Part shown: positions 1 through 6,686 of the stretch, in pieces | How the letters are laid out: every line of letters starts with the position of its first letter | Position numbering within the stretch: position 1 is the stretch's first letter | Source: Paraspadella gotoi | Lineage: Eukaryota; Animalia; Chaetognatha | DNA length: 6,686 nt | Assembly (NCBI GenBank): GCA_051294375.1 | Contig: JBJCIZ010000601.1 | Location: 1-6,686, forward strand | Direction: 5' to 3' | Notes under the pieces: model-generated | Databases searched by the model: none | What the model was told of the DNA's origin: nothing | The model's input: only the letters and a program-made list of their open reading frames with translations | Position numbers and translations under genes: made by a program

Positions 1-177
1 ACGGAAAGAAAATATTGATATAGGAAACGAATTTATAAGAAAATAAGGTGATATGATTACTGATAAAACTTAAATAAGTGATTGGATGATAATCAAATAC
101 CAATTGGGGTTAATTTTACTTTTAATTTATAAAGGTATAAATTGCGGCATCAACAACAATAACAACCGCGACAAGGA

Positions 178-245
178 GACTGACCTTAACCAAGTCATAA
201 CTTAAATTTAACCAAGGCCGGGTTACTGACCTTTAACTGACCTTA
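178..245. repeat. Three ACTGACCTT-like motifs (TGACCT half-sites), two in DR5 spacing
   Basis: TGACCT at 181-186, 227-232 and 238-243. The last two are separated by 5 bp. Confidence 0.5.
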
Positions 246-336
246 CCTTCTTTATATTGTTTAACATTTTCCTTTTTTACCATTTCGATCATTACTGGTC
301 TTATAAAAAATTCTCTTTTCTCCAAACGAATTCAAC

Positions 337-646
337 ATGGAGGGATTCATTTAGCCACAACCTCTCCCGGCGTCGGCGCCGTCCAGGCTCCTCGGGCCGC
401 CGGCGTCACCCCCGGTCGAAGCGTCACTTGGTCCGATCATCGACAGCATCTGAGAGCTCAGATCTCTCTCGCACTAAGTGCCGTCCTTCCACCGCCTCTA
501 GCTAGTCCGCGGTCGATCCGGCGCCTGAGGACTCGGGAGCTATTCCACCAAAGAGGCGCCTGGATGGCACTGACGAAGCTCCACAGAGGCTCCGCAAACT
601 CCCAAAGGTGTTTCCCTTCTCCGGCCGGATTACCTTCTAAGACTTG
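337..646 (+). pseudogene. GC-rich island; possible exon or decayed coding fragment
   Basis: The frame of the 564..842 ORF has no stop from 237 to 839 and carries a run of C-ending codons (GGC GTC GGC GCC GTC...GCC GCC GGC GTC ACC CCC). Acceptor-like TTTAG ends at 354; donor-like sites are AAG|GTGTTT (607/608) and TTG|GTTTGA (646/647). The ATG at 337 opens a different frame with several stops. The true frame is unresolved. Confidence 0.3.
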
Positions 647-958
647 GTTTGACAAACGGAAACTGATAAATGTTATGCCTTACCCTTATTTTTTTCTCTC
701 TCTCTCACGATATCCGAGTTATTTTAGCGGTCTTTTGCATGGCCGTTGTCAATTTTTGGAGAGAGAGACGTTTAAGACTCACCCTTTAACGTTTTGCCCG
801 TTCCGAATATTGCAAATATTCCGAATTATGCTTACTAACTAGGAATAAAGGAGCCCTATAATAAAACAAGACGGTTAATCTATTGCAAATGGTTATATTA
901 AATGACACAAAGAAAAAAGTAATATAAATATAAAGCTATCAAATAATTTAAAACAATC

Positions 959-1430
959 TACAGGGGTGGGCCCCTATATCTAGACAAAATTTAAAAAATC
1001 ATTATTCTAAAGCTCTTAATGATTTTTAAAATCTGAATAAATATTCTTATAGTATTATTTCTTAGCTTTTAGACGATATATTAATTGTTTTGAAATTCAT
1101 TGATATTATGCTTTTTCGATGCAGCGAAATCTTGGTTTTTTCTGCGCGGTTTGGAAGAAAAATGTTTGAATACTTATTGTTAAATCTTATTCTAATACAA
1201 AAAAGTTAAAAATATTTTTGGAAGTACCCTATTGTAGTATAATAATGCTTCTGGCAAAGTATACATGGTATTTTGGTTAAAAAAAATTTAAAATAAGGAG
1301 GTAAGATTTGGGTAAATTAGTTATGGTTTAATTTCTATTAATACTTACTTTTATCAAGAAATTTATCAACAATATTGTCAGACAATTAAATTTATCATGT
1401 AAGATCTCTTAATGCATAATAAAAGCATCA
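959..1430 (+). mobile_element. Possible mariner-type non-autonomous element remnant
   Basis: Starts TA|CAGGGGTGGGCC, similar to the TACAGGGTG termini of mariner-type elements. Contains an internal hairpin at 994-1027 and a degenerate inverted pair ATGCTTTTTCGATGCAGCGAAATCTT (about 1108-1133) / AAGATCTCTTAATGCATAATAAAAGCAT (1401-1428). No matching right TIR was found, so the end coordinate is approximate. Confidence 0.3.
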
Positions 1431-1904
1431 AAAAGGTAAGAAATACATAAAGTATTTGACAATTTAAACATTCGTTATAATCTTCTTAAAATTTTGTTTT
1501 ATTTACCTAAAAAAAAAAATTAAATAGGTTTCATTTGGATAGTAATGAAAAGTTTAAATTTAGGTGAATTGAAGATAAGACATAACACTGTCATGTTCAG
1601 AAACGACCACTAAAAAACCTTGAAAAATCATCATCATTGGCGGAATTTTATAGTTTTTAAAATTTTTATCAATAAACAAACAATTTTTAAAAGTTGTAAT
1701 AATAACCTTTATCTAACTTTGGCTAACTTTTACATTCGCTAACCAGGATTTTGTAGTCGGTGAATTTTTTTTTGCTTCTTATGAGCGACATATGGAAATC
1801 TTGCTAAGCCAAAATAAAAAAAAGATACTGGGAAATTTAGAAAAACAAATTTCATTTCGAAAACCATACTGCATTGAAATGATTAATCAGAGAAAATATT
1901 AGTA

Positions 1905-2306
1905 CTATGCCTTTGGCATAGTTGGCAGTGATAGTCGGTTTTGGGAAAGCGATCGCGGCGGCGGCATCGGCATGGAGCGAGCTTGATCGTCGAGCGTACC
2001 CCATAGCCGGCGGGAGGGGCGGTGACGCAACGCCCAGAGTAGAATTCTTTAAGAGCGGGAGAACGAGCATTGGAGTCCCAGGAACAGGCGACGGCACGGA
2101 ATAATGAAACCAAGATGGGGACGGAGGAGGCGCCAAAAAAAAAGTTAAACGATGATCTCCCGGCGCCGGAAAGCGGCGACGTTGAGCGAGATGAATTCGT
2201 CGTCGGAAGCGGCGACGCGACCGAGAGACACTCGTCAGAGCAAATTCTAAATTTAAGAATCAAGTTATTTAGTTTAATGGGAACATTAGAAATATTGGGA
2301 TTCTAG
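1905..2306 (+). pseudogene. GC-rich island; possible decayed coding fragment
   Basis: The frame of the 2070..2306 ORF gives a hydrophilic peptide with a 36-nt (12-codon) internal repeat (AAGCGGCGACG at 2171 and 2207). Upstream the same frame is interrupted by TAG codons. The strand is uncertain because minus-strand frames are also open. Confidence 0.25.
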
Positions 2307-3039
2307 GTGAACTAAAGTGTTTAAAAAAATCAGTTTTTGTACCCAAACAAGGTACTGTAATAGTATAAATGAAATAGCGTGTGGACAAACAACACCCAAC
2401 CTTAAATGTTCTCACTCCCACTTTTCTTTTTTTTTTCTTCTTTTTTGTGGATGATCTTATTTTAACCAAAAGCCCGGTTGCCTCCTTGCAGTTCAGTGGG
2501 ACGTGGCGCTCAACTCGCTTTTAGCATGGTGGTACAGCCTGATACGAAGCTCAGAGACAAAGATATTTTGTTACCTCGCGTCGGGTCTGTCTTTTTTAGA
2601 CATTTGAGTTGACCTGTCCTGAGTCCTGACCTTATCTTTTCACCGTTCTAGTCGCTTTCTCATGGCTTTCGGCCGAAAACCTCGTCACTTGTTATTTTTA
2701 AAGAAAAGATCGGCCGTCTGGAACTGTAGTTTTTACGCATTCAAGGATTTATTACAGACATTTTTTCGATTTTTCATTGATGTCATGAATTTATCTCTAC
2801 AAAATACAAATAATTCACAATTTATTCTACATTTTCTTTACGCCTCGAACGCGCAACCCCGCAGGCATATAAAATACAAAAGATTTTCTACAGACTGCTT
2901 ATGTACGATATATTACATGCAATTATTGTCTCTTCAATCATCTCATTTTAAAGTCATCATGTATAGGGATTTGAAATGGAAATAAATTTTAAATCACTTT
3001 CAAATCAACCTGTTTTGAAACGGCGACAGTCTCAGAAGG

Positions 3040-3530
3040 TCAAAAGAACCCCCTCCTAGACCTAGCGGAGAGGAAGAAGCCGTCAGGAAAGAAATGGTGC
3101 TGAAGACCGGGATTGCAGGCGCCGTAATGTTTATTTAAATAGTTTATTAACTTGGTGTCTTGTTGATATTTAATTGGGTACCTTAAAATAAAGCATACAG
3201 ATATTCAAACAGAATAATAAATACAAGTACTAATTAATAAAAGTAATAATCACCTTTGAAGCATCTCTGGATGGCCCAAGCATCTCGCCGGGGTGGAGTT
3301 TCCTTGAATATTCTCGGGGGCGTTTAAGGAAGACGGACCGGCGGGTACTAACAGTAACGGAAGGCGGGGCAGCAGCACGGAAGGCGGGGCAGCAGCACGG
3401 AATGGCAAAGCCTCCAAAGAACCAAAGAGCAAAAAGAAATAAAACTAAAACAAAATAAGGCACAAATCATAAGTAAGGCATATACTAAAAGTAAATGTAA
3501 AAGTAATAAAACCAAATATAAAAAGTTCAT
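3040..3530 (-). CDS. Putative small secreted protein; model complement(join(3040..3181,3254..3444,3513..3530)), 116 aa, no recognised family
   Basis: Intron 1 is 3445-3512 (68 bp, TTG|GTTTTA...TTTTAG, phase 0). Intron 2 is 3182-3253 (72 bp, AAG|GTGATT...TTTAAG, phase 2). Only the phase-2 frame stays open after the second acceptor, and it matches the donor phase. The spliced N-terminus MNFLYLFYFFLLFGSLEA-LPFR looks like a signal peptide. In-frame upstream ATGs at 3578 and 3605 are alternative starts. No homology support. Confidence 0.4.
3357..3402. repeat. Perfect 20-bp tandem duplication ACGGAAGGCGGGGCAGCAGC x2.3
   Basis: Identical units at 3357-3376 and 3377-3396, a partial ACGGAA at 3397-3402, and a degenerate related unit at about 3333-3356. 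Confidence 0.95.
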
Positions 3531-3596
3531 AAATATGAGTCCATGAATCGCAGATGAACGGAGGCAGATGAACGTCATAACCGTAACAGCGTACTC

Positions 3597-3632
3597 GAAT
3601 GGCATCGTCAAGTCCGCAAAACAATTTTATAC
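3597..3632 (-). promoter_or_regulatory. Possible TATA/Inr core promoter for the minus-strand gene model
   Basis: GTATAAAA at 3632-3625 and CCATTC with its A at 3600, about 31 nt downstream. Such motifs are common in AT-rich DNA. Confidence 0.25.
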
Positions 3633-3714
3633 AATATTAAAAATGCTGATAAGCTACATGGGCAAAACATTTCTTGACAATTCTTTTTAATTCTTTAAAA
3701 ATTGTCTTTATATT

Positions 3715-3831
3715 TTTTAGATGCAAAGTTTTTTATTATTTAAAAATAATAGTAAAAGTGAAACAAAAATACGGACATGTTTCTGCTCTGCCTTCTTCGT
3801 TATTTTTAAACAAAAAACTTTGCATCTAAAA
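3715..3831. mobile_element. MITE-like / foldback hairpin element, 117 bp
   Basis: Perfect 20-bp inverted repeat TTTTAGATGCAAAGTTTTTT (3715-3734) / AAAAAACTTTGCATCTAAAA (3812-3831). It continues after a bulge with TTTAAAAATAA (3739-3749) / TTATTTTTAAA (3800-3810), and there is an inner GAAACA/TGTTTC stem. TA dinucleotides at 3718-3719 and 3827-3828 could be a target-site duplication. Confidence 0.6.
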
Positions 3832-3884
3832 CTTATTAACTTCAACAAAATGAAAGAAATTACATTATTTTTTAAAAAAATTAT

Positions 3885-4180
3885 TAATATTAAAATTTTT
3901 TAAAAATTTTTAAATAATTATATACTTAAGCTGACACTTAATTTTAAGCTTAACCCTACCTTACCCCTAACCCTAACTTACCCCCCAATTTATTTTGAAC
4001 CCTAACTTACCTTTCTAGTTGACTAACACTTATTTTTAATTTATTCTGAACCTTAATTTACCTAAATATAATAAAACAAAAATAACAAATATTAAAAAAT
4101 TATATCTGAATTCCTTAAATTTTTTCTTTCCGAAAAATTATCTTACTGTTCATTTGTTCTTTTTTTCCATTAATTCTTTA
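3885..4180 (+). repeat. Dispersed repeat, copy A (contains a degenerate TAACCC/TTACCC array)
   Basis: Collinear anchors shared with 5648-6027: ACTTAATTTTAA 3936/5702, ACACTTATT 4026/5868, TATCTGAATT 4103/5951, GTTCTTTTTTTC 4156/6003 and ATTCTTTA 4173/6020. Confidence 0.85.
3954..3986 (-). other. Canonical G-quadruplex motif in a telomere-like degenerate hexamer array
   Basis: The minus strand reads GGGGGG-TAAGTTA-GGG-TTA-GGGG-TAAGGTA-GGG: four G-runs of at least 3 with loops of 7, 3 and 7 nt, including TTAGGG units. Confidence 0.75.
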
Positions 4181-4619
4181 GGGAACCAAGTAACACAGAA
4201 GGGCAAAAAGCTAAAAGCATAACGTTTGATCCTTTATATTAATTTAACAATATAATTTTTTTTAATAATCATTTTGGAAAGTAATAAAAAAATTTATGAT
4301 GATCAGCTCGCCCTAATTTTCTTTAAAAATTAAAAAAATTTTTTTTTAAGTTTTTAAAAATTTAAAAAAAAATTTAAAAAAAAAAAAACAAATTATTATA
4401 AAATTTTTAATAAAAAATTAATAATTATAATTAATTATGATTAATTTTTATTAATTTTATTAATTAAATAAAAATAAAACTGTTTAAGTAAAATAAAAAA
4501 ATTCTATTTTTTTTAAATTGTAAATTATTATTTAAGTAAGCAGATAGGATTTTAATATAAAATCAAAATAGAATTTTATTTATCAGAAAATAGATAAAAA
4601 AAAATGGTATCAATTTTTG

Positions 4620-4806
4620 GACAGTGAATCAAAGCAGAAACAGAGGCTATTTATAATGGGCAAGTGGACGAAGCCAGTTTCCTTTTCTGGAATCTTCCTC
4701 TTCTGGAACCTTCTTTTCTCTTCCAGGAAACTATTATTCCTTTTCTGGATTTGGCTTCAAAATCCCTTTCGAAATCATTCCAGAATCTTCTTCTCTTCTG
4801 GAATCC
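4620..4806 (-). promoter_or_regulatory. Heat-shock-type promoter: clustered HSEs, TATA box and Inr-like site
   Basis: Perfect three-unit HSEs (TTCnnGAAnnTTC) at 4685-4697 (TTCTGGAATCTTC), 4701-4713 (TTCTGGAACCTTC) and 4778-4790 (TTCCAGAATCTTC), plus a two-unit site at 4796-4803. Minus-strand TATAAATAG at 4655-4647, 30 bp from the proximal HSE. Inr-like TTCACTG with its A at 4625, 30 nt downstream of the first T of the TATA box. Confidence 0.65.
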
Positions 4807-4869
4807 TTTTAATTTTCTGTTTCCGCATTTTATTTATCTGTGATGTTATTATAATTAAAAATTAATAAA

Positions 4870-5760
4870 GGGTTAATTTTATTTTAGCTAACCAATGGTA
4901 AGGTTAAAAGTAATTTAAGAGTAGTTTCGGTTAAAAATAAATAATATTTTTATTTTTTTAAAAATTAATATTTTTAATATTTAATTTTTTTAATACGTTT
5001 AAAGATTTAAAATTTTTTTTTACAAAAATAATTTATTTAATAAATAAATCAATTTTACTAAAAACTAATAAAATTAATGTTTTTAAAACTATTTTAAAAA
5101 ATACCAATATATATAAAAATTTAAAAAAATATTAATATAATAAAATATTTGTTTAATAAAATTTAAACTAAAAATTTAAATTTTATATAATAAAAAATAA
5201 AATTTTAATATTTAAAAAAAATATTTTTATTACAAAAATAAAATATTATATAATTATTTAAATAAAAATTATAATTTTTTTTAATAATTATTAAATTTTT
5301 ATTTTTATCTCCACAAGATAAAAATTTTTAAAAGCTTTGGGAAAACGAAAAAAAAAATTTAAAACCGTAACAATAATAATATTATTACTTTTAATAGATA
5401 TTTATAAAATAATAATTTTTATTTGTGAATACAACAATCATTTAATAATTCGGATATGTTTTAATTTTTATTTTTTTAACCTTTATCAGCTAGTTTTAAT
5501 AGTTTTAATAAATATTTGGATTAACTTTGAGAAAAAGAGAAAGGCAATTTTAATCTTTATATATATCTTTTTTTTTAAATTATTAAATTAAAATAATAAA
5601 AATTATTATTTTGTAAATATTATTATTATATTTTTTTATAAATTTATTAATATTAAAATATTTTTTTTTGAAATGTTAAATTATTATATTTTTAAACAGA
5701 AACTTAATTTTAAATTTAATACTAATTTACCTTTAACTTACTCCTAACCTAAACTTATCC
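4870..5760. repeat. Degenerate long inverted repeat (foldback) around an ultra-AT-rich core with a central hairpin
   Basis: Mirror pairs GTTTCGG 4924-4930 / CAGAAAC 5697-5703, TAATATT 4975 / AATATTA 5649 and TACAAAA 5021 / TTTTGTA 5609 give midpoints of 5313-5318. The perfect hairpin ATTTTTATCT-CCACA-AGATAAAAAT (5301-5325) is centred on 5313. Low complexity limits certainty. Confidence 0.5.
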
Positions 5761-6027
5761 TTACCCCTAACTTCCTAACCTTAATTTCAATTTACCCTTA
5801 ACCTTCCTCCTAACCCTGACTTACCCTTAACTTATTTTTTACCTTAACTTATTTTTTTAGTTAACCTACACTTATTCTTAATTTATTATAACCTTAATTT
5901 TTATCAAAATATATATAAATTATACCAATTTTATATAAAAAAAATTATGATATCTGAATTTTTATTTTTTTTCCCCAAAACTTTCCTCTTCCGTTCCATT
6001 TCGTTCTTTTTTTCAGTTTATTCTTTA
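5648..6027 (+). repeat. Dispersed repeat, copy B (expanded TAACC-like array)
   Basis: Same collinear anchors as copy A. The offset rises from 1766 to about 1842-1848 across the C-rich array (about 5722-5850), so the array is about 76 bp longer in this copy. Confidence 0.85.
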
Positions 6028-6056
6028 AAAAAAACCTTGCTCTTCATTTTCCCATA

Positions 6057-6326
6057 NNNNNNNNNNNNNNNNNNNNNNNNNNNNNNNNNNNNNNNNNNNN
6101 NNNNNNNNNNNNNNNNNNNNNNNNNNNNNNNNNNNNNNNNNNNNNNNNNNNNNNNNNNNNNNNNNNNNNNNNNNNNNNNNNNNNNNNNNNNNNNNNNNNN
6201 NNNNNNNNNNNNNNNNNNNNNNNNNNNNNNNNNNNNNNNNNNNNNNNNNNNNNNNNNNNNNNNNNNNNNNNNNNNNNNNNNNNNNNNNNNNNNNNNNNNN
6301 NNNNNNNNNNNNNNNNNNNNNNNNNN
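6057..6326. other. Assembly gap (270 N)
   Basis: Run of N bases. Confidence 1.
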
Positions 6327-6533
6327 TTTTTTCTAATCAGATATTTTGTACCAATCAACTTTGACGTCCCATAACTTAAGAACGCTTTGCTTAATTTTAA
6401 TACGACTTGGGCCAATCGCTTCATCTTTCAATAAGCTTTGTTTTATGTTTCTATATCTTGGTGAAATTCAGCCATCCAATATAGTTTTTCTCGGTGTGAA
6501 ATAAGTGGCTACTTTTTTTTGCGCCACAGAGTA
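6327..6533 (-). mobile_element. End of a Tc1/mariner-like non-autonomous element (TIR plus TA), truncated by the N gap
   Basis: The minus strand reads TA|CTCTGTGGCGCAAAAAAAAGTAGCCACTT from 6533. By eye this resembles the layout of the Tc1 TIR (TA|CAGTGCTGGCCAAAAAGATATCCACTT). The partner TIR is not visible and may lie in the gap. Confidence 0.45.
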
Positions 6534-6686
6534 GTCTTGACTCCTGGTCAAAACGCCACAGTTTTACCAAACATTCAAATTTTTTAAAAAATAATAATAA
6601 ATGTACATATTTAACGTAAAAATCTGTTTATTAATTATAATATTCATAAAAAAAGGAAAAAAATCGGGCGGGAATAATGTTTATAA

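Noticed and set aside
355-430. CEP-like peptide fragments (SPGVG, TPGRS) in the open frame
   Set aside because: The fragments are in the wrong order, the terminal His is missing, and there is no 15-aa CEP domain.
337-530. Alternative genetic code (TAG/TAA = Gln) to rescue frames
   Set aside because: TGA stops also interrupt the frame, and there is no recognisable conserved protein on which to test reassignment.
695-768. (TC)6 and (GA)5 as terminal inverted repeats
   Set aside because: Simple microsatellites, and the intervening sequence is not complementary.
962-983. Helitron 3' end (GC hairpin plus CTAG)
   Set aside because: The hairpin is only 4 nt from CTAG, and CTAG is followed by A rather than T.
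2655-2700. Hammerhead-like core on the minus strand (GTGACGA-stem-GAAA)
   Set aside because: The conserved C3 is G, and no stem I/III with a UH cleavage site can be formed. The CTGACGA hits near 570 and 2232-2238 lack the GAAA core.
3550-3574. GCAGATGAACG x2 (14-bp period)
   Set aside because: A real but small local duplication with no further structure; not a CRISPR or other array.
4400-4580. Several A/T-only inverted repeats
   Set aside because: Expected by chance at this base composition.
4721-4729. STAT-type site TTCCAGGAA
   Set aside because: Single occurrence, best explained as a one-base variant of the HSE minisatellite unit.
4617-4865. 82-aa track ORF over the HSE cluster
   Set aside because: TTG start, and the Phe/Leu-rich translation is a by-product of the pyrimidine-rich repeat.
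5337-6424. Track ORFs 5337..5591, 5947..6336 and 6044..6424
   Set aside because: Low-complexity AT translations or artefacts of the N gap.

Overview
Very AT-rich eukaryotic scaffold window with a 270-N gap (6057-6326). Short GT..TTTTAG/TTTAAG introns and the repeat style suggest an invertebrate, possibly a plant-parasitic nematode, but the taxon is inferred. No recognisable conserved gene is present, and most track ORFs look spurious. Main observations: (1) a heat-shock-type promoter on the minus strand (three perfect TTCnnGAAnnTTC elements, a TATA box and an Inr-like site at canonical spacing, 4620-4806) with no hsp ORF behind it; (2) a dispersed repeat family present as direct copies (3885-4180 and 5648-6027) and as a degenerate ~0.9 kb palindrome centred on a perfect hairpin at 5313; (3) a telomere-like C-rich array containing a canonical G-quadruplex motif; (4) a 117-bp MITE-like hairpin; (5) two Tc1/mariner-like terminal repeat ends; (6) a phase-consistent three-exon minus-strand gene model for a small signal-peptide protein whose frame depends on a 20-bp tandem duplication; (7) GC-rich islands that may be decayed exons.
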